This document shows, in pieces, positions 37,476 to 51,242 of a DNA stretch of 64,000 nucleotides. Source of the DNA: the human T2T-CHM13v2.0 reference genome, Homo sapiens; NCBI RefSeq assembly GCF_009914755.1, contig NC_060930.1; one strand, given 5' to 3'. A program made the translations under genes and the position numbers. How positions within the stretch are numbered: position 1 is the stretch's first letter; each line of letters opens with the position of its first letter. The notes under the pieces are model-generated. The model searched no databases. It saw only the letters and a list, made by a program, of their open reading frames with translations, and was not told where the DNA came from.

Positions 37476-40400
37476 AGCCTATGCTAGAAATGGAAATATC
37501 TCCCCATAAAACCAAGACAGAAGCAATCTCAGAAACTAATGTGTGATGGCTGCATTCCACACACACGGTGGACCATTTCTCTTGATAGAGCAGTTTTGAA
37601 ACACTCTTTCTGTAGAATCTGCAAGTGGATAATTGGACCTCCTAGAGGCCTTCGTTGGAAACGGGATTTCTTCATCTAAACCTACAGAGAAGAATTCTCA
37701 GTAACTTCTTCGGATGTGTGCATTCGACTCACAGAATGGAACATTCCCTTTGATAGAGCAGTTTTGAGACACCGTTTTTGTAGAATTCCCAAGTGGATAT
37801 TTAGAGCACTTTGAAGTCTCTGCTAGAAAAGGAAACATCTTCATGTAAAAAGTAGATAGAATCGTTCTCAGAAAGTGCTTAGTGACGTGTGCGTTCAACT
37901 CACAGAGTTTAACGTTTCTTTTGATAGAGCGTTTCTGAAACACCCTTCTTGTAGTAGCTGCAAGTGGATATTTGGACCTATTGGAGGCCTTCTTTGGAAA
38001 TGGGATTTCTTCATGTAACTCTAGATTGAAGAGTTCTCAGAAACTCCTTTGTGATGTGTGCATTCAATTCAAAGAGTGAAACCTCCCTTTTCACAGAGCA
38101 GTTTTGAAACACTGTTTTTGTAGGATTTCCAAGGGGATATTTATAGCGCATTGAGCCTACGGCGGAAAAAGAAACATCTTCCTATAAAAACTAGACAGAA
38201 TACTTCTCAGAATCTGCTTTGCGATGTGTGCGTTCAACTCACAGAGTAAAACTTTTCTTTTGATAGAGCAGTTTTGAAACACTCTTTTTGTAGTATTTGC
38301 ATGTGTATATTTAGAGCGCATTGAAGCCCACAGTAGAAAAGGAAATAACTTCACCTAAAACCTAGACAGAAGCAATCACAGAAACTACTTTGTGATGTGT
38401 ACATTCAACTCACAGAGTGGAACTTTCCTCTTTATAGAGCAGTGTTGAAACACTCTTTTTGTAGAAACTGCAAGTGGATATTTGGACCTCTTTGAGGCCT
38501 TCGTTGGAAACGGGATTTCTTCCTATAACCCTAGACAGAAGAATTTTCAGAAACCTCATTGTGATGTGTGCGTTCATCTCACAGAGTGGAGTCTTCCGTT
38601 TGATAGAGAAGTTTTGAAACCCTGTTCTTGTAGGATTTCCAAGTGGATATTTAGACCACTTTGAAGCCTATGATAGAAAAGGAAACATCTTCATGGAAAA
38701 CATAGATAGAATCATCCTCAGAAACAACTTTGTGATGTGTGCGTTGAACTCACCGTCTTTAACCTTTCTTTTGGTAGAGAAGTTTTGAAACACTCTCTTT
38801 GTAAAGTCTACAAGTGGATATTTTGAGCCCTTGGAGGCATTCTTTGGAAAAGGGAATGTCTTCACATAAAAGGCAGACGGAAGTGTTCTCAGAAACTGCT
38901 TTGTGATGTCTGTGTTCAACTCACAGAGTTTAACATTTCCTTTGATAGAGCGGTTTAGTAACCCTCTCTTTGTAGAATTTGGAAGTGTATACTAAGAGCG
39001 CTTTGAGGCCTATGGTAGAAAAGGAAATATCTTTCCATAAAAGCTAGACAGAAGCAATCTCAGAAACTCCTCTGTGATGTCTGCATTCAACTCACCGAGT
39101 GGAACATTCCTCTTGAGAGAGCAGTTTGGAAACACTCTTTCTGTAGAATCAGCTTGTTTGTATTTGGACCTCCTTGAGGCCTTCGTTGGAAACGGGTTTT
39201 CATCTTATAAACCCAGACAGAAGAATTCTCAGAGTCTTCTTTGTGATGTGTGCTTTCAACTCACCGAGATAAAGATTTCTCTTGATAGAGCAATTTGGAA
39301 ACACTCTTTTTGTAGAATTTGCAAGGGTACATTGAGAGCGTTTTCAGGCCTATGGTAGAAAAGGGAATATCTTTCCATAAAAGGTAGACAGAAGCAATCT
39401 CAGAAACTACTTTGTGACGTGTGCATTCAACTCACCGAGTGCAACGTTCCTCTTGACCGAGCAGTTTGGAAACATTGTTTCTGTAGAATCTGCAAGTGGA
39501 TATTTGGACCTCTTTGAGGCCTTCGTTGGAAACGGGATTTCTTCCTATAAACCCAGACAGAAGAATTCTCAGAGACTTCTTTGTGATGTGTGAATTCAAC
39601 TCACAGTGTGGATCCTTCCTTTTGATAGAGCAGTTTTGAAACCCTGTTTTTGTAGTATTTCCAAGCGGATATTTGGAACGCCTTGAAGCGTATGGTAGAA
39701 AAGGAAATATCTTCCCATAAAACCTAGACAGAACCAATCTCAGAAACGACTTTGTGATGTCTGCATTCAAGTCACAGAGTTGAACATTTCTCTTGATAGA
39801 GCAGTTTTGAAACCCTCTTTCTGAAGGATCTGCAAGTGGATATTTGGAACTCCTTTGGGTCTTCGTTGGAAACGGGATTTCTTCGTATAAATCTAGACAG
39901 AAGAATTCTCAGAAACTTCCTTGTGATGTGTGCATTCAACTCAGCGAGTGGCACCTTCCTTTGGATACAGCAGTTTTGAAACACTGTTTTTGTAGTATTT
40001 CCAAGCGGATATTTAGAGCACCTTGAAGCCTATGCTAGAAATGGAAATATCTCCCCATAAAACCAAGACGGAAGCAATCTCAGAAACTAATGTGTGATGG
40101 CTGCATTCCACACACACGGTGGACCATTTCTCTTGATAGAGCAGTTTTGAAACACTCTTTCTGTAGAATCTGCAAGTGGATAATTGGACCTCCTAGAGGC
40201 CTTCGTTGGAAACGGGATTTCTTCATCTAAACCTACAGAGAAGTATTCTCAGTAACTTCTTCGGATGTGTGCATTCGACGCACAGAATGGAACATTCCCT
40301 TTGATAGAGCAGTTTTGAGACACCGTTTTTGTAGAATTCCCAAGTGGATATTTAGAGCACTTTGAAGTCTCTGCTAGAAAAGGAAACATCTTCATGTAAA

Positions 40401-43400
40401 AAGTAGATAGAATCGTTCTCAGAAAGTGCTTAGTGTCGTGTGCGTTCAACTCACAGAGTTTAACGTTTCTTTTGATAGAGCGTTTCTGAAACACCCTTCT
40501 TGTAGTAGCTGCAAGTGGATATTTGGACCTATTGGAGGCCTTCTTTGGAAATGGGATTTCTTCATGTAACTCTAGATTGAAGAATTCTCAGAAACTCCTT
40601 TGTGATGTGTGCATTCAATTCAAAGAGTGAAACCTCTCTTTTCACAGAGCAGTTTTGAAACACTGTTTTTGTAGGATTTCCAAGGGGATATTTATAGCGC
40701 ATTGAGCCTACGGCGGAAAAAGAAACATCTTCCTATAAAAACTAGACAGAATACTTCTCAGAATCTGCTTTGCGATGTGTGCGTTCAACTCACAGAGTAA
40801 AACTTTTCTTTTGATAGAGCAGTTTTGAAACACTCTTTTTGTAGTATTTGCATGTGTATATTTAGAGCGCATTGAAGCCCACAGTAGAAAAGGAAATAAC
40901 TTCACCTAAAACCTAGACAGAAGCAATCACAGAAACTACTTTGTGATGTGTACATTCAACTCACAGAGTGGAACTTTCCTCTTTATAGAGCAGTGTTGAA
41001 ACACTCTTTTTGTAGAAACTGCAAGTGGATATTTGGACCTCTTTGAGGCCTTCGTTGGAAACGGGATTTCTTCCTATAACCCTAGACAGAAGAATTTTCA
41101 GAAACCTCATTGTGATGTGTGCGTTCATCTCACAGAGTGGAGTCTTCCGTTTGATAGAGAAGTTTTGAAACCCTGTTCTTGTAGGATTTCCAAGTGGATA
41201 TTTAGACCACTTTGAAGCCTATGATAGAAAAGGAAACATCTTCATGGAAAACATAGATAGAATCATCCTCAGAAACAACTTTGTGATGTGTGCGTTGAAC
41301 TCACCGTCTTTAACCTTTCTTTTGGTAGAGAAGTTTTGAAACACTCTCTTTGTAAAGTCTACAAGTGGATATTTTGAGCCCTTGGAGGCATTCTTTGGAA
41401 AAGGGAATGTCTTCACATAAAAGGCAGACGGAAGTGTTCTCAGAAACTGCTTTGTGATGTCTGTGTTCAACTCACAGAGTTTAACATTTCCTTTGATAGA
41501 GCGGTTTAGTAACCCTCTCTTTGTAGAATTTGGAAGTGTATACTAAGAGCGCTTTGAGGCCTATGGTAGAAAAGGAAATATCTTTCCATAAAAGCTAGAC
41601 AGAAGCAATCTCAGAAACTCCTCTGTGATGTCTGCATTCAACTCACCGAGTGGAACATTCCTCTTGAGAGAGCAGTTTGGAAACACTCTTTCTGTAGAAT
41701 CAGCTTGTTTGTATTTGGACCTCCTTGAGGCCTTCGTTGGAAACGGGTTTTCATCTTATAAACCCAGACAGAAGAATTCTCAGAGTCTTCTTTGTGATGT
41801 GTGCTTTCAACTCACCGAGATAAAGATTTCTCTTGATAGAGCAATTTGGAAACACTCTTTTTGTAGAATTTGCAAGGGTACATTGAGAGCGCTTTCAGGC
41901 CTATGGTAGAAAAGGGAATATCTTTCCATAAAAGGTAGACAGAAGCAATCTCAGAAACTACTTTGTGACGTGTGCATTCAACTCACCGAGTGCAACGTTC
42001 CTCTTGACCGAGCAGTTTGGAAACATTGTTTCTGTAGAATCTGCAAGTGGATATTTGGACCTCTTTGAGGCCTTCGTTGGAAACGGGATTTCTTCCTATA
42101 AACCCAGACAGAAGAATTCTCAGAGACTTCTTTGTGATGTGTGAATTCAACTCACAGTGTGGATCCTTCCTTTTGATAGAGCAGTTTTGAAACCCTGTTT
42201 TTGTAGTATTTCCAAGCGGATATTTGGAACGCCTTGAAGCGTATGGTAGAAAAGGAAATATCTTCCCATAAAACCTAGACAGAACCAATCTCAGAAACGA
42301 CTTTGTGATGTCTGCATTCAAGTCACAGAGTTGAACATTTCTCTTGATAGAGCAGTTTTGAAACCCTCTTTCTGAAGGATCTGCAAGTGGATATTTGGAA
42401 CTCCTTTGGGTCTTCGTTGGAAACGGGATTTCTTCGTATAAATCTAGACAGAAGAATTCTCAGAAACTTCCTTGTGATGTGTGCATTCAACTCAGCGAGT
42501 GGCACCTTCCTTTGGATACAGCAGTTTTGAAACACTGTTTTTGTAGTATTTCCAAGCGGATATTTAGAGCGCCTTGAAGCCTATGCTAGAAATGGAAATA
42601 TCTCCCCATAAAACCAAGACGGAAGCAATCTCAGAAACTAATGTGTGATGGCTGCATTCCACACACACGGTGGACCATTTCTCTTGATAGAGCAGTTTTG
42701 AAACACTCTTTCTGTAGAATCTGCAAGTCGATAATTGGACCTCCTAGAGGCCTTCGTTGGAAACGGGATTTCTTCATCTAAACCTACAGAGAAGTATTCT
42801 CAGTAACTTCTTCGGATGTGTGCATTCGACGCACAGAATGGAACATTCCCTTTGATAGAGCAGTTTTGAGACACCGTTTTTGTAGAATTCCCAAGTGGAT
42901 ATTTAGAGCACTTTGAAGTCTCTGCTAGAAAAGGAAACATCTTCATGTAAAAAGTAGATAGAATCGTTCTCAGAAAGTGCTTAGTGACGTGTGCGTTCAA
43001 CTCACAGAGTTTAACGTTTCTTTTGATAGAGCGTTTCTGAAACACCCTTCTTGTAGTAGCTGCAAGTGGATATTTGGACCTATTGGAGGCCTTCTTTGGA
43101 AATGGGATTTCTTCATGTAACTCTAGATTGAAGAATTCTCAGAAACTCCTTTGTGATGTGTGCATTCAATTCAAAGAGTGAAACCTCTCTTTTCACAGAG
43201 CAGTTTTGAAACACTGTTTTTGTAGGATTTCCAAGGGGATATTTATAGCGCATTGAGCCTACGGCGGAAAAAGAAACATCTTCCTATAAAAACTAGACAG
43301 AATACTTCTCAGAATCTGCTTTGCGATGTGTGCGTTCAACTCACAGAGTAAAACTTTTCTTTTGATAGAGCAGTTTTGAAACACTCTTTTTGTAGTATTT

Positions 43401-45128
43401 GCATGTGTATATTTAGAGCGCATTGAAGCCCACAGTAGAAAAGGAAATAACTTCACCTAAAACCTAGACAGAAGCAATCACAGAAACTACTTTGTGATGT
43501 GTACATTCAACTCACAGAGTGGAACTTTCCTCTTTATAGAGCAGTGTTGAAACACTCTTTTTGTAGAAACTGCAAGTGGATATTTGGACCTCTTTGAGGC
43601 CTTCGTTGGAAACGGGATTTCTTCCTATAACCCTAGACAGAAGAATTTTCAGAAACCTCATTGTGATGTGTGCGTTCATCTCACAGAGTGGAGTCTTCCG
43701 TTTGATAGAGAAGTTTTGAAACCCTGTTCTTGTAGGATTTCCAAGTGGATATTTAGACCACTTTGAAGCCTATGATAGAAAAGGAAACATCTTCATGGAA
43801 AACATAGATAGAATCATCCTCAGAAACAACTTTGTGATGTGTGCGTTGAACTCACCGTCTTTAACCTTTCTTTTGGTAGAGAAGTTTTGAAACACTCTCT
43901 TTGTAAAGTCTACAAGTGGATATTTTGAGCCCTTGGAGGCATTCTTTGGAAAAGGGAATGTCTTCACATAAAAGGCAGACGGAAGTGTTCTCAGAAACTG
44001 CTTTGTGATGTCTGTGTTCAACTCACAGAGTTTAACATTTCCTTTGATAGAGCGGTTTAGTAACCCTCTCTTTGTAGAATTTGGAAGTGTATACTAAGAG
44101 CGCTTTGAGGCCTATGGTAGAAAAGGAAATATCTTTCCATAAAAGCTAGACAGAAGCAATCTCAGAAACTCCTCTGTGATGTCTGCATTCAACTCACCGA
44201 GTGGAACATTCCTCTTGAGAGAGCAGTTTGGAAACACTCTTTCTGTAGAATCAGCTTGTTTGTATTTGGACCTCCTTGAGGCCTTCGTTGGAAACGGGTT
44301 TTCATCTTATAAACCCAGACAGAAGAATTCTCAGAGTCTTCTTTGTGATGTGTGCTTTCAACTCACCGAGATAAAGATTTCTCTTGATAGAGCAATTTGG
44401 AAACACTCTTTTTGTAGAATTTGCAAGGGTACATTGAGAGCGCTTTCAGGCCTATGGTAGAAAAGGGAATATCTTTCCATAAAAGGTAGACAGAAGCAAT
44501 CTCAGAAACTACTTTGTGACGTGTGCATTCAACTCACCGAGTGCAACGTTCCTCTTGACCGAGCAGTTTGGAAACATTGTTTCTGTAGAATCTGCAAGTG
44601 GATATTTGGACCTCTTTGAGGCCTTCGTTGGAAACGGGATTTCTTCCTATAAACCCAGACAGAAGAATTCTCAGAGACTTCTTTGTGATGTGTGAATTCA
44701 ACTCACAGTGTGGATCCTTCCTTTTGATAGAGCAGTTTTGAAACCCTGTTTTTGTAGTATTTCCAAGCGGATATTTGGAACGCCTTGAAGCGTATGGTAG
44801 AAAAGGAAATATCTTCCCATAAAACCTAGACAGAACCAATCTCAGAAACGACTTTGTGATGTCTGCATTCAAGTCACAGAGTTGAACATTTCTCTTGATA
44901 GAGCAGTTTTGAAACCCTCTTTCTGAAGGATCTGCAAGTGGATATTTGGAACTCCTTTGGGTCTTCGTTGGAAACGGGATTTCTTCGTATAAATCTAGAC
45001 AGAAGAATTCTCAGAAACTTCCTTGTGATGTGTGCATTCAACTCAGCGAGTGGCACCTTCCTTTGGATACAGCAGTTTTGAAACACTGTTTTTGTAGTAT
45101 TTCCAAGCGGATATTTAGAGCGCCTTGA
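37476..45128 (+). repeat. Three tandem 15-mer HOR units (U15-U17)
   Basis: Marker ends at 40026, 42577, 45128. Confidence 0.95.
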
Positions 45129-48100
45129 AGCCTATGCTAGAAATGGAAATATCTCCCCATAAAACCAAGACGGAAGCAATCTCAGAAACTAATGTGTGAT
45201 GGCTGCATTCCACACACACGGTGGACCATTTCTCTTGATAGAGCAGTTTTGAAACACTCTTTCTGTAGAATCTGCAAGTGGATAATTGGACCTCCTAGAG
45301 GCCTTCGTTGGAAACGGGATTTCTTCATCTAAACCTACAGAGAAGTATTCTCAGTAACTTCTTCGGATGTGTGCATTCGACGCACAGAATGGAACATTCC
45401 CTTTGATAGAGCAGTTTTGAGACACCGTTTTTGTAGAATTCCCAAGTGGATATTTAGAGCACTTTGAAGTCTCTGCTAGAAAAGGAAACATCTTCATGTA
45501 AAAAGTAGATAGAATCGTTCTCAGAAAGTGCTTAGTGACGTGTGCGTTCAACTCACAGAGTTTAACGTTTCTTTTGATAGAGCGTTTCTGAAACACCCTT
45601 CTTGTAGTAGCTGCAAGTGGATATTTGGACCTATTGGAGGCCTTCTTTGGAAATGGGATTTCTTCATGTAACTCTAGATTGAAGAGTTCTCAGAAACTCC
45701 TTTGTGATGTGTGCATTCAATTCAAAGAGTGAAACCTCTCTTTTCACAGAGCAGTTTTGAAACACTGTTTTTGTAGGATTTCCAAGGGGATATTTATAGC
45801 GCATTGAGCCTACGGCGGAAAAAGAAACATCTTCCTATAAAAACTAGACAGAATACTTCTCAGAATCTGCTTTGCGATGTGTGCGTTCAACTCACAGAGT
45901 AAAACTTTTCTTTTGATAGAGCAGTTTTGAAACACTCTTTTTGTAGTATTTGCATGTGTATATTTAGAGCGCATTGAAGCCCACAGTAGAAAAGGAAATA
46001 ACTTCACCTAAAACCTAGACAGAAGCAATCTCAGAAACTACTTTGTGATGTGTACATTCAACTCACAGAGTGGAACTTTCCTCTTTATAGAGCAGTGTTG
46101 AAACACTCTTTTTGTAGAAACTGCAAGTGGATATTTGGACCTCTTTGAGGCCTTCGTTGGAAACGGGATTTCTTCCTATAACCCTAGACAGAAGAATTTT
46201 CAGAAACCTCATTGTGATGTGTGCGTTCATCTCACAGAGTGGAGTCTTCCGTTTGATAGAGAAGTTTTGAAACCCTGTTCTTGTAGGATTTCCAAGTGGA
46301 TATTTAGACCACTTTGAAGCCTATGATAGAAAAGGAAACATCTTCATGGAAAACATAGATAGAATCATCCTCAGAAACAACTTTGTGATGTGTGCGTTGA
46401 ACTCACCGTCTTTAACCTTTCTTTTGGTAGAGAAGTTTTGAAACACTCTCTTTGTAAAGTCTACAAGTGGATATTTTGAGCCCTTGGAGGCATTCTTTGG
46501 AAAAGGGAATGTCTTCACATAAAAGGCAGACGGAAGTGTTCTCAGAAACTGCTTTGTGATGTCTGTGTTCAACTCACAGAGTTTAACATTTCCTTTGATA
46601 GAGCGGTTTAGTAACCCTCTCTTTGTAGAATTTGGAAGTGTATACTAAGAGCGCTTTGAGGCCTATGGTAGAAAAGGAAATATCTTTCCATAAAAGCTAG
46701 ACAGAAGCAATCTCAGAAACTCCTCTGTGATGTCTGCATTCAACTCACCGAGTGGAACATTCCTCTTGAGAGAGCAGTTTGGAAACACTCTTTCTGTAGA
46801 ATCAGCTTGTTTGTATTTGGACCTCCTTGAGGCCTTCGTTGGAAACGGGTTTTCATCTTATAAACCCAGACAGAAGAATTCTCAGAGTCTTCTTTGTGAT
46901 GTGTGCTTTCAACTCACCGAGATAAAGATTTCTCTTGATAGAGCAATTTGGAAACACTCTTTTTGTAGAATTTGCAAGGGTTCATTGAGAGCACTTTCAG
47001 GCCTATGGTAGAAAAGGGAATATCTTTCCATAAAAGGTAGACAGAAGCAATCTCAGAAACTACTTTGTGATGTGTGCATTCAACTCACCGAGTGCAACGT
47101 TCCTCTTGACCGAGCAGTTTGGAAACATTGTTTCTGTAGAATCTGCAAGTGGATATTTGGACCTCTTTGAGGCCTTCGTTGGAAACGGGATTTCTTCCTA
47201 TAAACCCAGACAGAAGAATTCTCAGAGACTTCTTTGTGATGTGTGAATTCAACTCACAGTGTGGATCCTTCCTTTTGATAGAGCAGTTTTGAAACCCTGT
47301 TTTTGTAGTATTTCCAAGCGGATATTTGGAACGCCTTGAAGCGTATGGTAGAAAAGGAAATATCTTCCCATAAAACCTAGACAGAACCAATCTCAGAAAC
47401 GACTTTGTGATGTCTGCATTCAAGTCACAGAGTTGAACATTTCTCTTGATAGAGCAGTTTTGAAACCCTCTTTCTGAAGGATCTGCAAGTGGATATTTGG
47501 AACTCCTTTGGGTCTTCGTTGGAAACGGGATTTCTTCGTATAAATCTAGACAGAAGAATTCTCCGAAACTTCTTTGGTTGTGTGCATTCAAGTCACAGAG
47601 TGGAACCTTCCTTTGGATAGAGCAGTTTGAAACGCCGTGGTTGTAGTATTTCCAAGCGGATATTAGAGCGCCTTGAGGCCTATGGTAGAAAAGGAAATAT
47701 CTTCCCATAAATCCTAGACGGAAGCAATCTCAGAAACTACTGTGTGATGGCTGCATTCCACACACACGGTGGAACATTTCTCTTGATAGAGCAGTTTTGA
47801 AACACTCTTTCTGTAGAATCTGCAAGTGGATAATTGGACCGCCTTGAGGCCTTCGTTGGAAACGGGATTTCTTCATGTTACTCTAGATAGAAGAATTCTC
47901 AAACACTGCTATGTGATGTTTGCATTCAAGTCACAGAGTGCAACATTCCTCTTGGTAGAGCAGTTGGGAAACACTCCTTTTGTAGAATCTGCAATGGGAT
48001 ATTTGGACTTCTTTGAGGCCTTCGTTGGAAACGGGATTTCTTCGTATGAATCTAGACAGAAGAATTCTCAGAAACTTCCTTGTGATGTGTGCATTCAACT

Positions 48101-51100
48101 CAGCGAGTGGCACCTTCCTTTGGATACAGCAGTTTTGAAACACTGTTTTTGTAGTATTTCCAAGCGGATATTTAGAGCGCCTTGAAGCCTATGCTAGAAA
48201 TGGAAATATCTCCCCATAAAACCAAGACAGAAGCAATCTCAGAAACTAATGTGTGATGGCTGCATTCCACACACACGGTGGACCATTTCTCTTGATAGAG
48301 CAGTTTTGAAACACTCTTTCTGTAGAATCTGCAAGTGGATAATTGGACCTCCTAGAGGCCTTCGTTGGAAACGGGATTTCTTCATCTAAACCTAGAGAGA
48401 AGAATTCTCAGTAACTTCTTCGGATGTGTGCATTCGACTCACAGAATGGAACATTCCCTTTGATAGAGCAGTTTTGAGACACCGTTTTTGTAGAATTCCC
48501 AAGTGGATATTTAGAGCACTTTGAAGTCTCTGCTAGAAAAGGAAACATCTTCATGTAAAAAGTAGATAGAATCGTTCTCAGAAAGTGCTTAGTGACGTGT
48601 GCGTTCAACTCACAGAGTTTAACGTTTCTTTTGATAGAGCGTTTCTGAAACACCCTTCTTGTAGTAGCTGCAAGTGGATATTTGGACCTATTGGAGGCCT
48701 TCTTTGGAAATGGGATTTCTTCATGTAACTCTAGATTGAAGAGTTCTCAGAAACTCCTTTGTGATGTGTGCATTCAATTCAAAGAGTGAAACCTCCCTTT
48801 TCACAGAGCAGTTTTGAAACACTGTTTTTGTAGGATTTCCAAGGGGATATTTATAGCGCATTGAGCCTACGGCGGAAAAAGAAACATCTTCCTATAAAAA
48901 CTAGACAGAATACTTCTCAGAATCTGCTTTGCGATGTGTGCGTTCAACTCACAGAGTAAAACTTTTCTTTTGATAGAGCAGTTTTGAAACACTCTTTTTG
49001 TAGTATTTGCATGTGTATATTTAGAGCGCATTGAAGCCCACAGTAGAAAAGGAAATAACTTCACCTAAAACCTAGACAGAAGCAATCTCAGAAACTACTT
49101 TGTGATGTGTACATTCAACTCACAGAGTGGAACTTTCCTCTTTATAGAGCAGTGTTGAAACACTCTTTTTGTAGAAACTGCAAGTGGATATTTGGACCTC
49201 TTTGAGGCCTTCGTTGGAAACGGGATTTCTTCCTATAACCCTAGACAGAAGAATTTTCAGAAACCTCATTGTGATGTGTGCGTTCATCTCACAGAGTGGA
49301 GTCTTCCGTTTGATAGAGAAGTTTTGAAACCCTGTTCTTGTAGGATTTCCAAGTGGATATTTAGACCACTTTGAAGCCTATGATAGAAAAGGAAACATCT
49401 TCATGGAAAACATAGATAGAATCATCCTCAGAAACAACTTTGTGATGTGTGCGTTGAACTCACCGTCTTTAACCTTTCTTTTGGTAGAGAAGTTTTGAAA
49501 CACTCTCTTTGTAAAGTCTACAAGTGGATATTTTGAGCCCTTGGAGGCATTCTTTGGAAAAGGGAATGTCTTCACATAAAAGGCAGACGGAAGTGTTCTC
49601 AGAAACTGCTTTGTGATGTCTGTGTTCAACTCACAGAGTTTAACATTTCCTTTGATAGAGCGGTTTAGTAACCCTCTCTTTGTAGAATTTGGAAGTGTAT
49701 ACTAAGAGCGCTTTGAGGCCTATGGTAGAAAAGGAAATATCTTTCCATAAAAGCTAGACAGAAGCAATCTCAGAAACTCCTCTGTGATGTCTGCATTCAA
49801 CTCACCGAGTGGAACATTCCTCTTGAGAGAGCAGTTTGGAAACACTCTTTCTGTAGAATCAGCTTGTTTGTATTTGGACCTCCTTGAGGCCTTCGTTGGA
49901 AACGGGTTTTCATCTTATAAACCCAGACAGAAGAATTCTCAGAGTCTTCTTTGTGATGTGTGCTTTCAACTCACCGAGATAAAGATTTCTCTTGATAGAG
50001 CAATTTGGAAACACTCTTTTTGTAGAATTTGCAAGGGTACATTGAGAGCGCTTTCAGGCCTATGGTAGAAAAGGGAATATCTTTCCATAAAAGGTAGACA
50101 GAAGCAATCTCAGAAACTACTTTGTGATGTGTGCATTCAACTCACCGAGTGCAACGTTCCTCTTGACCGAGCAGTTTGGAAACATTGTTTCTGTAGAATC
50201 TGCAAGTGGATATTTGGACCTCTTTGAGGCCTTCGTTGGAAACGGGATTTCTTCCTATAAACCCAGACAGAAGAATTCTCAGAGACTTCTTTGTGATGTG
50301 TGAATTCAACTCACAGTGTGGATCCTTCCTTTTGATAGAGCAGTTTTGAAACCCTGTTTTTGTAGTATTTCCAAGCGGATATTTGGAACGCCTTGAAGCG
50401 TATGGTAGAAAAGGAAATATCTTCCCATAAAACCTAGACAGAACCAATCTCAGAAACGACTTTGTGATGTCTGCATTCAACTCACAGAGTTGAACATTTC
50501 TCTTGATAGAGCAGTTTTGAAACCCTCTTTCTGAAGGATCTGCAAGTGGATATTTGGAACTCCTTTGGGTCTTCGTTGGAAACGGGATTTCTTCGTATAA
50601 ATCTAGACAGAAGAATTCTCCGAAACTTCTTTGGTTGTGTGCATTCAAGTCACAGAGTGGAACCTTCCTTTGGATAGAGCAGTTTGAAACGCCGTGGTTG
50701 TAGTATTTCCAAGCGGATATTAGAGCGCCTTGAGGCCTATGGTAGAAAAGGAAATATCTTCCCATAAAACCTAGACGGAAGCAATCTCAGAAACTACTGT
50801 GTGATGGCTGCATTCCACACACACGGTGGAACATTTCTCTTTATAGAGCAGTTTTGAAACACTCTTTCTGTAGAATCTGCAAGTGGATAATTGGACCGCC
50901 TTGAGGCCTTCGTTGGAAACGGGATTTCTTCATGTTACTCTAGATAGAAGAATTCTCAAACACTGCTATGTGATGTTTGCATTCAAGTCACAGAGTGCAA
51001 CATTCCTCTTGGTAGAGCAGTTGGGAAACACTCCTTTTGTAGAATCTGCAATGGGATATTTGGACTTCTTTGAGGCCTTCGTTGGAAACGGGATTTCTTC

Positions 51101-51242
51101 GTATGAATCTAGACAGAAGAATTCTCAGAAACTTCCTTGTGATGTGTGCATTCAACTCAGCGAGTGGCACCTTCCTTTGGATACAGCAGTTTTGAAACAC
51201 TGTTTTTGTAGTATTTCCAAGCGGATATTTAGAGCGCCTTGA
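45129..51242 (+). repeat. Two tandem 18-mer HOR units (U18-U19)
   Basis: Marker ends at 48185 and 51242; extra segments at 47564-48069 and 50621-51126. Confidence 0.95.
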